In this document: positions 24,786 to 36,189 of the stretch, piece after piece
How the letters are laid out: each line of letters starts with the position of its first letter
Numbering within the stretch: the first letter of the stretch is position 1
Assembly: GCA_963849325.1 (NCBI GenBank)
Contig: CAWKHF010000004.1
Location: 320,001-384,000, forward strand
Length of the DNA stretch: 64,000 nt
Origin: an uncultured Planctomycetota bacterium
Lineage (GTDB): Bacteria; Planctomycetota; Planctomycetia; Gemmatales; Gemmataceae
Reading direction: 5' to 3'
Notes under the pieces: model-generated
Seen by the model: only the letters and a program-made list of their open reading frames with translations
Told to the model about the DNA's origin: nothing
The model's database searches: none
Translations under genes and position numbers: made by a program

Positions 24786-24915
24786 ATCATCTCGGTTGCT
24801 CAAGAGTTTCCCGGTCGGCCCCTCGATCCAGGCATACAAACAACATCAGGGTCCGTTCTCGGCCCGCGCGGTGCGGGCGTGCGGCCCGGACATTCGATCC
24901 TCGTGGAGCTTGAGC

Positions 24916-26379
24916 ATGACAACCGCAACCTCGGGCGCGACGCTGCGGCGCCTGTACATCGACGGCCGATGGTGCGACGCGGACAACGGCCGAACGCTCG
25001 GCGTCATCAACCCCGCCACGGAAGAAGTCATCGCCGAGGTCGCCTACGGCGGCCGCGCCGAGGCACGCCGCGCCTTGGAAGCCGCCCAGCGGGCCATGCC
25101 CGCCTGGATGAAGCAAACCTCCTGGGACCGCGCCAAGGTCCTGAAAAAAACCGGCGAGCTGATGCGCGAACGCGCCGAGGCTATCTCGCGCACCCTGACC
25201 ATGGAGCAGGGCAAACCGTTGGCCGAATCCAGGGCCGAAGTGCTGCACTCGGCCGACACCTTCGAGTGGTTCGCCGAGGAGGGCAAGCGCGCCTACGGCC
25301 AGCTCATCCCCAACTCGGTCCCCGGCAAGAAGCACGTCACGGTCAAGCACCCCGTCGGCGTGGTGGCGGCGATCAGCCCGTGGAACTTCCCGGTGACGCT
25401 GCAAGCGCGCAAGATCGCCCCGGCCCTGGCCGCCGGCTGCACCATCGTCTGCAAGCCGGCCAGCCAGACGCCGCTGTGTCTGATCCAGGTCTTCGAGTGC
25501 TTGATCGAGGCTGGCGTGCCCGCCGGCGTCGCCAACCTCGTCATCGGCCCGGCCCAGGAGATCGGCGACGAGTTTTTGGAGAACCCGATTTGCCGCAAGG
25601 TCAGCTTCACCGGCTCCACCGAGGTCGGCAAGCACATCATGCGCGGCTGCGCCGAGCACATGAAGCGCGTCAGCCTGGAGCTGGGCGGCCATGCTCCCTT
25701 CATCGTCTTCCCCGACGCCGACCCCGAGATGGGAGCGAAGATCGCCGTCACCGGCAAGTTTCGCAACAACGGGCAAGTGTGCATCGCTCCCAGCCGCTTC
25801 TACGTCCACAAGGACGTCCAGAAGAAATTCACCGAGGCGGCCGTCGAGTTCGCGCGCGGCCTGAAGCTGGGCAACGGTCTGGAAGCCGGCATCGAGATCG
25901 GCCCGATGTTCGAGAAGAAGGCCATGCAGCAGACCCTCGACCTGGTCGAGGACGCTCGCCAGTGCGGCGCCAAAATTCTGACCGGCGGCAATCGCAGCGA
26001 TCGCTTCGAGAAGGGCTACTTCTTCGAGCCGACCGTGCTGACGAACGTGAGCGACAAGGTTCGGCTGATGACGGAGGAGCCGTTCGCGCCGGTGATGCCG
26101 CTGCTGGACTTCGGCAAGCTCGACGACGTGATCCGGGCGGCGAACAACACGCGCTACGGTCTGGCGGCCTACGTGTTCACCAACGACCTAACGGTGGCAT
26201 GGCGGATGGCCGAGGGGTTGGAGGCGGGCATCATCGGCATCAACGATCCGGTGCCGGCGACGCCGCAGTGTCCGTTCGGCGGTATGAAGGAGAGCGGCCT
26301 GGGCCGCGAATTGGCCCACGAAGGGCTGGAAGCGTACCTGGAGACGAAATACGTCTCGTTCAAGTTGCGCGAGGGTTGA
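24916..26379 (+). CDS. gabD: NAD(P)-dependent aldehyde dehydrogenase, succinate-semialdehyde dehydrogenase-like
   Basis: LYIDGRW, SPWNFP, SFTGSTEVG, LELGGHAP, catalytic GQVC, EEPFAPV, PFGGMKESG. Confidence 0.85.
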   Translation: MTTATSGATLRRLYIDGRWCDADNGRTLGVINPATEEVIAEVAYGGRAEARRALEAAQRAMPAWMKQTSWDRAKVLKKTGELMRERAEAISRTLTMEQGKPLAESRAEVLHSADTFEWFAEEGKRAYGQLIPNSVPGKKHVTVKHPVGVVAAISPWNFPVTLQARKIAPALAAGCTIVCKPASQTPLCLIQVFECLIEAGVPAGVANLVIGPAQEIGDEFLENPICRKVSFTGSTEVGKHIMRGCAEHMKRVSLELGGHAPFIVFPDADPEMGAKIAVTGKFRNNGQVCIAPSRFYVHKDVQKKFTEAAVEFARGLKLGNGLEAGIEIGPMFEKKAMQQTLDLVEDARQCGAKILTGGNRSDRFEKGYFFEPTVLTNVSDKVRLMTEEPFAPVMPLLDFGKLDDVIRAANNTRYGLAAYVFTNDLTVAWRMAEGLEAGIIGINDPVPATPQCPFGGMKESGLGRELAHEGLEAYLETKYVSFKLREG

Positions 26380-26455
26380 TGATCGCGCCGCTTGCGGCCT
26401 GGCGCGAGGCCGCAAGCGGCGTCCTTTCACCTCGAAAAGATGGGGAGCGACAGCA

Positions 26456-27058
26456 ATGGCCTATGCGGACTTCACTCTGGAAAGCGCGGAGGCGGAGTTG
26501 GGCGTCGTCGTTCATCCCGGTGTCCTCTTCCCTGGTCTGCAGCCGCTGACGGTGCCGGTATGGCTGCAAGACCTGCTTGTCCGCGGTATGCGGCTCGCTC
26601 TCCTCAGCGAGAAGTCACGTGGCGAATTTATCGTGGCCCCGATTCTGTTGGCCGTTCGCGAATTATCCGGGGACCGGATCGCTATCCTGTCCGGTCAACG
26701 TCTCGACGTCGATCCGGACCGCCGGCTCGTGGGGGAGTGTGACTTCATTCTAGCCCTGTCCGAGCCGGTGCCGCTCTTGCGGGCGCCGCTGCTGACCATG
26801 GTAGAGGCCAAAAAGCACGACATCGAAGCCGGATTGGGACAGTGTCTCGCTCAGATGGTAGCGGCTCAAGTTTACAACGAACGCGCGGGGTTGTTGCTCC
26901 CCGCCATCTTCGGCTGCGTCACGACGGGCGAAAGTTGGCAGTTCCTGCGGCTCACCGGGAAGACAGGGACACTCGACCAGGACCGATTGTACATCAACAA
27001 TGTGGGCGGCATCCTGGCAGCCCTTCGGGCCGCCATTCCGCCCGAGAAGGAAAGCTGA
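26456..27058 (+). CDS. Hypothetical protein with PD-(D/E)XK restriction-like fold
   Basis: E(FIVAP)...GECDFIL...VEAKK...GLGQCLAQM...VTTGESWQF. Confidence 0.65.
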   Translation: MAYADFTLESAEAELGVVVHPGVLFPGLQPLTVPVWLQDLLVRGMRLALLSEKSRGEFIVAPILLAVRELSGDRIAILSGQRLDVDPDRRLVGECDFILALSEPVPLLRAPLLTMVEAKKHDIEAGLGQCLAQMVAAQVYNERAGLLLPAIFGCVTTGESWQFLRLTGKTGTLDQDRLYINNVGGILAALRAAIPPEKES

Positions 27059-27061
27059 ACC

Positions 27062-27511
27062 TCAGCCGCCTCCGCTCTGCTTGACCACGGAAATGCCGCC
27101 GTTGCGCTCGACGACGGCGTACTTGATCTGCTCCAGACGCTCGATGCCCTGGCCGCGCGCCGCGGCCATCACGTCCTGCTCGTGAACGCGCAGCCGCCTC
27201 ATGCTCTCGCGTTGCCAGCCGCCTTTGCTAAAGATAATGACCGGCGTGCCGTCCACGATGCGGCCGAAGCAATCCGACCAGCCCTTCAACGACGCCACCA
27301 GGACGTGCATCAGGACGACGGTGCTGATGCCCAACAGTGCGTTGGTCAGCGAGTGATCGTTGCCGACGATCGCTTGCATGCCCATGCCGCCCATCATAAA
27401 GAGTAAAATGATCTCGAAAGGAGTCATCATGTTGGGACCGCGCCGGCCGATCAGTCGAAAGGCGAACAGCAATACCCAGTAAATGATGGCCGCATAGAGG
27501 ATGGTGACCAT
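27062..27511 (-). CDS. DUF421/YetF membrane protein
   Basis: RLIGRR...MTPFE, DGTPVII, AARGQGI, YAVVERNGGISV. Confidence 0.85.
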   Translation of the reverse strand: MVTILYAAIIYWVLLFAFRLIGRRGPNMMTPFEIILLFMMGGMGMQAIVGNDHSLTNALLGISTVVLMHVLVASLKGWSDCFGRIVDGTPVIIFSKGGWQRESMRRLRVHEQDVMAAARGQGIERLEQIKYAVVERNGGISVVKQSGGG

Positions 27512-27526
27512 GCCGAGTCCCTTCGC

Positions 27527-28045
27527 TCAGGGGTAAACGAATTGACGGAAGCGCACGGGTTCCGCGCCTTCCACGGCCACCTCGCCGTCGATAATGCCCG
27601 GCCGCGACGGATCCTCGATAAAGACGATGGTGGCCGAGTCGTGCGTGGGATCGGTGCGGAAAGTGAAGCGGGCGCCGTCGGACAGCGGCTCGGTAGACAG
27701 GGGGTCGGGCACGATGTCCTTGAGGCGCAGCCGCTCCACCAGGTCGCGGTTGAGGCGGATGCGGACCTGGCCGGAGGCGATGGCTCGTTTGTCGAGATGC
27801 AGCTCCAGGATGGCCGGCGTCTCGCGCCGGGCCAGGCGGTCGTAGCGGACGCGCATTTCGCCGCCGGGCGGTTCTGCCGTCGCCTTGCTGAGCGGCCCGT
27901 TACCGAATAGTCCGGCTACCCCGCCAACGAGCAGTAAGGACAGGGCGACCCAGCAGCCGCGCTGGATACGTCCCCAGCGGCATTCAAAGCACGGATCGCA
28001 CCCCGCCTCGATGTCGTCCGTGCGGCTTACGGTTTCCACAGCCAT
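27527..28045 (-). CDS. Membrane-anchored hypothetical protein, likely co-transcribed with the DUF421 gene
   Basis: One TM segment followed by [18 protein letters not shown]-terminal QFVYP. Confidence 0.7.
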   Translation of the reverse strand: MAVETVSRTDDIEAGCDPCFECRWGRIQRGCWVALSLLLVGGVAGLFGNGPLSKATAEPPGGEMRVRYDRLARRETPAILELHLDKRAIASGQVRIRLNRDLVERLRLKDIVPDPLSTEPLSDGARFTFRTDPTHDSATIVFIEDPSRPGIIDGEVAVEGAEPVRFRQFVYP

Positions 28046-28188
28046 CCTCCGCTCTCTCCCGTCTAACCCGAGCGCAGGAAATTCATGCAAATGGCGCGCC
28101 TCGTTTCCTCTTCCGCTCCTCCCTTGTGGCGCATCGGCACGACGGCTACGATAGGCCCAACTTCGTTCCGAGCGCGATTGCGAAAAGG

Positions 28189-29145
28189 ATGCTGCGTGTC
28201 CCCAACATCCGTGAATCCCCTCTCGTTGCTGCGGCCCGGCGCAAGCCCGTGGGCATGTCCGCGATCCTGCTGCCCTTCACGACGGGCGGTGGCGTGGACT
28301 GGCCCGGCTTCCGCGCTCACGTCGCCCGCACCGCCGCGGCCGGACTGACGCCGGCCGTCAACATGGACACCGGCTACGGCAATCTTCTCGATGACATCAC
28401 CCGCCTTCTCGTTCTCGCCGAGACGCGAAGCACACTCGACGGCGGAGCCTTCGTCGCCGGCGCCTTCGTCGCGGACCATCCGGGTGATCCGTGTGACCTC
28501 GACGCTTATCGGCGGGCCATCAATGCGATCCAGGAGCACGGCGGTCTGCCGATCCTCTTCCAGTCGCATGGCCTCGTTGGGCAGCCGGCCGACCGTCTGC
28601 TCGATGCCTACCGCGCCCTGGGCCGTGATTGCCCGCGTTATCTCGCCTTCGAGTTGGGCCAGGCGTTCGCGCCGTTCGGGGCCATCTACGACCTCGAAAC
28701 CTATGCCGGCCTACTCACCATCCCGGAGTGCATCGGCGCCAAGCACTCGTCGCTGAGCCGTGTCCTCGAATGGCAGCGTTTGTCCCTGCGCGACCAACGC
28801 CGGCCCGATTTCCTCGTGCTGACCGGCAATGATCTGGCCATCGATATGATTATGTATGGAAGTGATTATTTGCTCGGCCTGAGCACGTTCGCTCCGGACC
28901 TGTTCGCCCGCCGCGACACCCTGTGGGCGGCGGGCGATCCGGCGTTTTACGAGCTGAACGACTTGCTGCAATATCTCGGCTTCTTCGCCTTTCGCCCGCC
29001 GGTGCCGGCGTACAAACACAACGCGGCGCAGTTCCTTCAGCTGCGCGGCTGGATCACCTGCGACGACACGCATCCCCAAAGCCCGCAACGGCCCGCCAGC
29101 GACCGCGACGTCCTCCGCGACATCGCCGACCGCCTCTTGGAATAG
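28189..29145 (+). CDS. Dihydrodipicolinate-synthase/class I aldolase family protein
   Basis: SAILLPF...[22 protein letters not shown]. Confidence 0.75.
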   Translation: MLRVPNIRESPLVAAARRKPVGMSAILLPFTTGGGVDWPGFRAHVARTAAAGLTPAVNMDTGYGNLLDDITRLLVLAETRSTLDGGAFVAGAFVADHPGDPCDLDAYRRAINAIQEHGGLPILFQSHGLVGQPADRLLDAYRALGRDCPRYLAFELGQAFAPFGAIYDLETYAGLLTIPECIGAKHSSLSRVLEWQRLSLRDQRRPDFLVLTGNDLAIDMIMYGSDYLLGLSTFAPDLFARRDTLWAAGDPAFYELNDLLQYLGFFAFRPPVPAYKHNAAQFLQLRGWITCDDTHPQSPQRPASDRDVLRDIADRLLE

Positions 29146-29226
29146 GGAATAGGGAATAGGGAATAGGGAATAGGGACGAGAGAAGAAGTTTCTGCCCTAT
29201 TCCCTATTCCCTATTCCCTATTCCCT
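29139..29226. repeat. Heptamer tandem repeat (GGAATAG)5 with inverted (CCCTATT)4
   Basis: Read directly. The arrays form a long hairpin, and the first unit supplies the upstream stop codon. Confidence 0.9.
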
Positions 29227-29242
29227 TTTTGGAGCCGATGCC

Positions 29243-30684
29243 ATGACCACGTATCGCCGAGTGGCCCAGCTGAAAACGGCCGACGACTTCCGCACTCATC
29301 TCGCCACCCTGGGCATCTCCATCCCCTTCGACGAGGAACTGCGTCACGGTCCCGAATCGCCGCTAGCCCAACCGTGTGTCGTGGACGGAGGGACGATCGG
29401 GAATCGCTTCGCCGTGCTGCCGATGGAGGGCTGGGACGGTACGCGCGACGGCCGACCGACCGAACTGACACGGCGGCGCTGGCAACGCTTCGGCGCCAGC
29501 GGCGCCAAGCTCATCTGGGGTGGCGAGGCCGTCGCCGTCCGCGCCGATGGCCGCGCCAACCCCAACCAACTGCTGCTCAACGACGACACGCGCGCCGACA
29601 TTGCCGGCCTGCGCGAAAGGCTCATCGCCGAACATCATCGATGCTTTGGCCGCACCGAGGATCTGCTCGTCGGTCTGCAACTGACGCACTCCGGCCGCTT
29701 CGCCCGCCCACGCGACAAGGGCCGGCTCGAACCGATCCTCGTCTATCATCATCCGCTACTCGACCGCAAGTTCGGCGTGCCGGCGGATCAGCCCGTCTTG
29801 AGTGACAACGACGTGTCACAACTCGTTGATGATTTCGTGCGCGCGTCGAAGCTCAGCCAGCAGGCCGGGTTCGCCTTCGTGGACATCAAGCACTGTCACG
29901 GCTACCTCGGCCATGAGTTCCTTCAGCGCCGTCGATCGGCCCGGCCGTTATGGCGGCAGCTTCGACAACCGTACACGGTTCCTGCGCGAGATCGTGGCCG
30001 GTATCCGCGCCGAGGCGTCCGGACTGGGCGTCGCCGTCCGCGTCAGCGCCGTGGACTGGCTGCCCTTCCGCGAGGGTCCGGATGGTCGAGGCGAGCCGGA
30101 GACGCCGTCCGGCGCATCCTACCCTTATGCTTTCGGCGGCGACGGCACTGGCATGGGCATCGACCTGACCGAGCCGTGTGCCTTCCTCGATCTGCTCGAC
30201 GCGCTCGGCATCCGCTTGGTGTGCATCTCGGCCGGCAGTCCCTACTACAACCCACACTTCCAGCGACCGGCGCTGATTCCCGCCGTCGGACGGCTATCTG
30301 CCGCCGGAAGACCCACTTGTCGGCGTCGCCCGGCACATCGCCATCACAGCCGAGCTGAAACGCCATCGCCCGTCGCTGGTGGTCGTCGGTTCGGGCTATT
30401 CGTACTTGCAGGAGTGGCTGCCGCACGTCGGACAAGCGGTGGTGCGCGGCGGCGGCGCGGATTTCGTGGGGCTGGGGCGGCTGGTGCTGAGTTATCCGGA
30501 CCTGCCGGCGGACGTGCTGGCGGGCCGGCCGCTCGATCGCAAGCGACTGTGCCGCACCTTCAGCGATTGCACTACCGCGCCGCGCAACGGCCTGGTTTCG
30601 GGCTGCTATCCGCTCGACCCCTTCTACAAGGAGCGTCCCGAGGCACGAGCGTTGTCGCAGATCAAAAGAAGTTCGGAGTTCTGA
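29243..30684 (+). CDS. NADH:flavin oxidoreductase (old yellow enzyme family), frameshifted
   Basis: [62 protein letters not shown]. Confidence 0.85.
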
Positions 30685-30725
30685 GTGACTTTCACTCAGA
30701 ACTCCGAACTCCGAACTCCGAACTG
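30670..30725. repeat. Heptamer repeats (GAACTCC / TTCTGAG family) in inverted arrangement
   Basis: agttcggagttctgagtg / cactcagaactccgaactccgaactccgaact. Similar arrays lie at 34291-34342 and 47373-47534. Confidence 0.75.
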
Positions 30726-30941
30726 GAAAGATGGGAGCGAGTCGAGATGGGCGATCGTTGCCATTTTCCTCTGGCTCTTGTATTCTGACTTAATCGAGAA
30801 GGGCGATTGCTTGTATCCTTACGGGTGTACAAGCGTTTCGCCGATCCCCCCGTATCCACAAGAAGCCGGATCGGCCGCGTCGGCCCCAAACAGCTCCGTG
30901 TCGTTGACGCCCTTTTTCCCTCTCCTGTCCGGGCACCTCCC

Positions 30942-31823
30942 ATGAGACCCCCCAAGACCAACTGCCGAAGAGCGTTCACGCTGATCGAGTTGTTGGTAGT
31001 GATCGCCATCCTCGCCGTGCTGATCGGCCTGCTGCTGCCCGCCGTGCAGATGGTGCGCGAAGCGGCCGCTCGCTCGCAGTGCCAGAACAACCTCAAGCAA
31101 ATCGGTACGGCCCTGCACATGCATCACAACACCTACGAGTTCTTCCCCACCGGCGGCAGTGCCAATGCCATGATTCCCACTACCACGGGCGGCAGCCCCG
31201 CCGTCGGCCCTTCCCAGGACTGCGGCTGGTTGTATCAAATCCTGCCTTACATCGAACAATGGGCGGTCTGGAACAACTCTTCTACCGCCGCGCAGGCAGC
31301 CATCAAGACCTACCTTTGTCCCAGCCGGCGCGGCTCGGCGATTCTCCGTGGTGGCGCGCACGCCGGCAACGGCGAGTGCGATTATTCCGGATCGGCCTGG
31401 AAGGCGCCGATCCCGACGTTCTTCCAGTTCAACCCGAACATCGTCCGCATCGCTCAGATTAGCGATGGCACCTCGAACACGCTCGCCGTTAGCGAGAAGA
31501 ACCTCTGCCTGACGACCCTGGGCAGCGGAATGGACATCAACGATGATGATGGCTACATCATCGGTTCGGATGACGATACGCTGTCTTTCCTGCCCGTCAA
31601 GGACGCCAACGGCAACCTTATCTATCAACCGGCGTTCGACTTGATGGGTAATTGCACTTCCGGGACGGGCGGTTTCGGCTCCTCGCACCCCGGCCGCTTC
31701 GGGGCGCTGTTCGCCGACGGCTCGGTCCACGGCATCAGCTATTCGATCTCTCTGCTGACCTTGAACGCCGTCTGCGGAATTAACGACGGCATCGCCCTCG
31801 GCGACGTGGACAACCTCCAGTAA
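30942..31823 (+). CDS. DUF1559 prepilin-type protein (planctomycete)
   Basis: [43 protein letters not shown]9-DG ([14 protein letters not shown]). Confidence 0.95.
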   Translation: MRPPKTNCRRAFTLIELLVVIAILAVLIGLLLPAVQMVREAAARSQCQNNLKQIGTALHMHHNTYEFFPTGGSANAMIPTTTGGSPAVGPSQDCGWLYQILPYIEQWAVWNNSSTAAQAAIKTYLCPSRRGSAILRGGAHAGNGECDYSGSAWKAPIPTFFQFNPNIVRIAQISDGTSNTLAVSEKNLCLTTLGSGMDINDDDGYIIGSDDDTLSFLPVKDANGNLIYQPAFDLMGNCTSGTGGFGSSHPGRFGALFADGSVHGISYSISLLTLNAVCGINDGIALGDVDNLQ

Positions 31824-31856
31824 CTGCCTGTCCCGGACGCCCTGCGAGGAAGCGCC

Positions 31857-34261
31857 ATGAGCAGCTCTCCCTCTTCGCCGCAATCCTCCGATCCGCACCG
31901 GCCCGTTCCGGCGGAGGCGGCCGGCAGTCCGTCTCCAGTCGCCGAGTCGGCATGGAACCAGCAGACTCAAGCGGACGTACGGATCGACTCCGCCTCCGAC
32001 GGTGCCCCAGAGGAAGGACGAGCGCGGTTCGCCTTTTTGGCGGAAGCCCGCGGCCCGGAGGAGATGGGTTGGCTCGGCCCTTATCGCATCCGCGGCGTCC
32101 TGGGCGAGGGCGGCATGGGCGTGGTCTTCGACGCTGAGGACAGTCAGTTGCGCCGTCGGGTGGCGCTGAAGGTCCTCAAGCCGGAGTTGGCCCTGACGCC
32201 GGTCCTCCGCGAGCGGTTCTTGCAAGAGGCTCGCGCCGCCGCCGCCCTGCCGTCCGATCACGTCGTCGTCATCTACCATGTCGATGCCGAACGCGACGTA
32301 CCCTTCCTGGCCATGGAATATTTGCACGGCGAATCGCTGGAACAGTGCTTGCATCGAGTTGGCCGGCTGCCCGAGGCCGAGCTGGTCCGCATCGGTCGGG
32401 ACATTGCTCGGGGATTGGCCGTGGCTCACGAAAAGGGCTTGATCCACCGCGACATCAAGCCGGCCAATATCTGGTTGGAAACGATGCCGGGCGGGATGGC
32501 TCCGCGCGTCAAACTGCTCGATTTCGGCCTGGCCCGCGTGACCGGCGAGGTCCGCAACCTGACCGCGACGGGAATGATCGTGGGCACGCCGCATTATCTG
32601 GCGCCCGAGCAGGCTCGCGGCCAGGCGCTGGACGTGCGCTGCGATTTGTTCAGCCTCGGCTGCGTTCTCTATCGAGCCTTGACCGGCGTGCTGCCGTTCA
32701 ATGGACCCGATCTGATTAGCTTGCTCAGCGCACTGGCCCTGGATGAGCCGCGTCCCCTCCGCGACCTCGCGCCCGAGACCTCATCGGAGTTGACGGACCT
32801 GATTCGTCAGTTGTTGTCCAAGTCGCCGTCCCAGCGGCCGGCGACCGCCCGCGAGGTTGCCGAGCGGCTGGCGCCTCGGACGAGGTTGTGTCGGGACCGG
32901 CAATCCCATCCGTGCTTCCCGCGAGCAGCGCGGCGCCCCTCTCACCGCCTCCACCGCGCCCCGCCGCGTCCGGCCGTTTCGGCCTGGGTCTACTGCTGGG
33001 CGGCGTGCTGGCGTCGATGCTTCTGATCCTGGGCGCCTGGGGCTGGCTCAAGAGGAGCGCAGCGCCGGCCAACATCGATTGCTCGCTCCAGGGCCATCCG
33101 ATTCCGGTCGGCGTGCTGCAATCGCTCTCCGGTCCCCTGGTCACCGCCAGCACCTCCATCACCGAGGCCACCGAGTTGGCCATTGACGAGATCAATCAGC
33201 AGGGCGGCGTGCTCGGCAGCCGCGTCGAGCCGATTCGCGTGGACGGCTCGTCCGACGAGTCAGCCTTCGCCGGGCAGGCCCAGCGCCTCATTCTGGAGAA
33301 CCACATTTGCGCTCTGTTCGGCTGCTGCTCGTCAGTCGGCCGCAAACACCTCTCGGCGGTGGTCGAGAGGTACGATAACCTCTTGTTTTATCCGCTGCCG
33401 TGTGAGGGACTGGAACAATCGCCGAACATCGTGTATCTCGGCACCATCCCCAACCAGCAGGTCTTGCCGGGCGTGCAATTCGCCATCGGCACTCTCCACA
33501 AACGACGGCTGTTCCTGGTCGGCTCCGACCACGTTTATTCGCGGACGGTCCACGCCATCCTGCGCGACGCCTTCACCGAGCCGCGTGACGTGCACATCGT
33601 GGGCGAAGAACTATTTCCGCTGAGTGGCGGCGACGTTGACGCCGTGGCCGCGAAAATCGCGGCCGGCGAGGCGGACCTGATTGTCAATACGATTCGCGGC
33701 GATACCAATGGGGCGTTCTTCCGCGCCCTCCATGTCGCTGGCGTGTCCCCGGAGAAAACGCCCACCCTCTCGTTCACCCTGAACGCCGACGAACTGTGCA
33801 CTCTGCCCATCGAGCCAGCGGATCGGCGACTACGTTGCCGGGAGCTTTTTTCCCAGCATCAGCCGGCCGGAGAACACGGCTTTCATCCACAAGTTCCGAG
33901 CGCGTTTCGGCGCCCATCGCGTGGTGACGGACCCAATGGAGTCGGCCTATGTCGCCGTCCATCTGTGGGCCCGTGCGGCGACGGCGGCGGGCGATACCCG
34001 GCCAGCGACGGTACGCCAGGCGATCGAGGGCTTGCGCTTCAACTGCGCCGGGCGGTCCCGTGCGGATCGATCCCGCCACACGCTACGCCTGGAAGGTGGC
34101 GCGGGTCGGCCGAATCGACGAAGGAGGGCAGTTGCGGATCGTATGGAGTTCCGAGGAACCGCTCCAGCCCGAGCCGTTCCCGCCGACTCGCAAGCGTGCG
34201 GAGTGGCGGCGATTCCTGGATGGGATTCTATCGAGACCTGGGTGGCCGTTGGGGACGTTGA
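31857..34261 (+). CDS. Hanks-type Ser/Thr kinase fused via a TM helix to a urea/amide-type periplasmic binding domain (frameshifted)
   Basis: GEGGMGVV, VALK, HRDIKPAN, DFGLAR, GTPHYLAPE; TM; then VGVLQSLSG, LFGC, LLFYP..EGLEQSPN, PNQQ, LVGSD. Confidence 0.85.
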
Positions 34262-34324
34262 GGCTCCTTCCCTCGCCGGCGCGAACCAAAAAGTTCCAAG
34301 TTCTGAGTTCTAAGTGCCTTTCAC

Positions 34325-35239
34325 TCAGAACTCCGAACTTGGAATCTCATTGGCCCAATCGCGCGGCTTGAGGTAAACCTCGTACAGCTCCGCTTCGCGT
34401 GACCCCGTCTCGGGACGATAATCGTAGACCCAGCGCACGTGCGGCGGCAGCGACATCAGGATCGATTCGATCCGCCCGCCCGTCTTCAGGCCGAAGAGCG
34501 TTCCACGATCGTACAGCAGGTTGAACTCGACGTAACGGCCGCGACGGTACTCCTGAAAGGCCCGCTGCGCTTCCGTGTACGGCTCGTCCTTGCGCCGCCG
34601 CGCGATGGGCAGATACGCCTCCAGGAAATTGTCGCCGCAGTCGCGCACGAAGGCAAACAGCGCTTCGCCGTCGCCTTCGAGGTAATCGAAGAAGATACCG
34701 CCGACGCCGCGAGCCTCACCGCGATGCGGCAAGAAAAAATAATCGTCGCACCATTTCTTCAGATGGGCATAATCAATCGGCGGGGCGTGCCGCGTGCAGA
34801 CATGCTGCCAGACCTTGTGGAAGTGAATGACGTCTTCGCGGTAGGGGTAGTACGGCGTCAGGTCAGCGCCGCCGCCGAACCATTGACGCGAGCCCTTGGT
34901 CAGAAAACGGAAGTTGGCGTGTACGGTCGGCACCATCGGGCTGCGCGGGTGCAGCACCAGGGAGATGCCGCAAGCGGTGAAGTCGCGGCCCTCGCCGGGG
35001 ACTTGTTGGGCAAACTCCTCGGACATGCGGCCATGCACGTCGGAGAAATTGACGCCGGCCTTCTCGAAGACGTTGCCCTCAGCCAGGACCCGCGTCCGTC
35101 CTCCTCCGCCGCCTTCGCGCTGCCAGGCATCCTCGCGGAAGCGCCCGCGACCATCAAGTTGCTCCAGGTCGGCGACGATGCAATCTTGCAGATCGCGGAA
35201 GTAATGGCAGACGCGGTCGCGCAACGGCTCGCTGGACAT
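34325..35239 (-). CDS. hemF: Oxygen-dependent coproporphyrinogen III oxidase
   Basis: GGGGRTR, FEKAGVNFS, HPRSPMVPTVHANFR, WFGGGADLTP, RGVGGIFFD, RRGRYVEFNLLYDRGT. Confidence 0.96.
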   Translation of the reverse strand: MSSEPLRDRVCHYFRDLQDCIVADLEQLDGRGRFREDAWQREGGGGGRTRVLAEGNVFEKAGVNFSDVHGRMSEEFAQQVPGEGRDFTACGISLVLHPRSPMVPTVHANFRFLTKGSRQWFGGGADLTPYYPYREDVIHFHKVWQHVCTRHAPPIDYAHLKKWCDDYFFLPHRGEARGVGGIFFDYLEGDGEALFAFVRDCGDNFLEAYLPIARRRKDEPYTEAQRAFQEYRRGRYVEFNLLYDRGTLFGLKTGGRIESILMSLPPHVRWVYDYRPETGSREAELYEVYLKPRDWANEIPSSEF

Positions 35240-35258
35240 AAAAGGTTCCCTCTCTTAG

Positions 35259-35459
35259 CTCGACTTGTGCCCTTTTTTCGTAGGGGGTGAAGCCAGAATA
35301 ACTGCGAGGAATGCAAGGGGTTTTCGGTTTTGGAAACCCCGGTCGTTTCAAAACCCCAATGGTTGAGCTTGAGCACCGAACTTTCGGCGCTCGACAATAA
35401 CCGAGTTTCGGCGCTGAAGCTCAACCATTATGCAACTAAGAAAAAGGGCACAAGTCGAG
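35259..35459. mobile_element. MITE, 201 bp, 19-bp perfect TIRs, CTTAG target duplication
   Basis: CTCGACTTGTGCCCTTTTT (35259-35277) and AAAAAGGGCACAAGTCGAG (35441-35459); CTTAG at 35254-35258 and 35460-35464. Confidence 0.8.
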
Positions 35460-35580
35460 CTTAGACGGCGGCGAACATTCGGCGCCTATTGTAGCGACCG
35501 AAAACGACGGCGGGGCTGCCCCGTTTCTCGGGACGGCCCCGCTCGCGTTCGCCTCGTCTTTGTACCGTTGGCTATTCTTC

Positions 35581-36189
35581 TCACCAGGGGGTCACATAGA
35601 GGGGAACGTACCCGAAGCGACGGAGGTTCGGATAATTCGGCCAATTCCGGCGGTCGTAGTAGTAATCTTCTCGCCAGGGAGCCGGCGCGGCGGGGTCGAT
35701 AAGCAAGGACGGCCGCGGCCGCATCCGGGTGCCTTCGACGGACTCCCCCGCCCTCAACTCGGCGGCGTCGAGAAACGGCCCCGTCTGGGCTCGCGTCTGG
35801 GCGCCGGCAACGAAGTCGAGGGCGATCCGGGCGCCGGGCCGGAAGGAAACGCGGCGCTGACGTTCGACGATGCGGCTACCCTCTCTCCAGCGGACCTTCA
35901 CGTCATAGTAGCACCGCTTGTCGGGACGAAGGAGCGGCGTTGTGAAGCGACGCTCGACGCCTGTCGATTCCATGCGGGCGTCGTCGAACCATACGGCAGC
36001 ATCGTTCGGCACGCGCAAAACAAACTCCGTCGCCACACCGTCCGGCACCGGAACAGCGCGCTTCTCCGACGGCGGGGCCGCTGTTGGCTGAGATGGAGGC
36101 GCAGCTTGCGCCGCACCGAGGGCCAGGCTCAGCGGGACCAGTGCGAGTTTCACAAGGAAGCCGGCTCGTATTCGCTGTTGAAACATCAT
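35581..36189 (-). CDS. TIGR03000 planctomycete domain protein
   Basis: Signal peptide, then VP.DA.VWFD...TGVERRFTTPLL...YYDVKVRW. Confidence 0.85.
   Translation of the reverse strand: MMFQQRIRAGFLVKLALVPLSLALGAAQAAPPSQPTAAPPSEKRAVPVPDGVATEFVLRVPNDAAVWFDDARMESTGVERRFTTPLLRPDKRCYYDVKVRWREGSRIVERQRRVSFRPGARIALDFVAGAQTRAQTGPFLDAAELRAGESVEGTRMRPRPSLLIDPAAPAPWREDYYYDRRNWPNYPNLRRFGYVPLYVTPW

Noticed and set aside
24292-24915. 208-aa N-terminal extension of the aldehyde dehydrogenase
   Set aside because: It runs through two palindromic repeats and non-coding-like sequence. Homology starts at ATG 24916.
29139-29226. CRISPR array (also considered for 47373-47534 and 56341-56672)
   Set aside because: These are 6-7 bp tandem units without unique spacers, and no cas genes are present.
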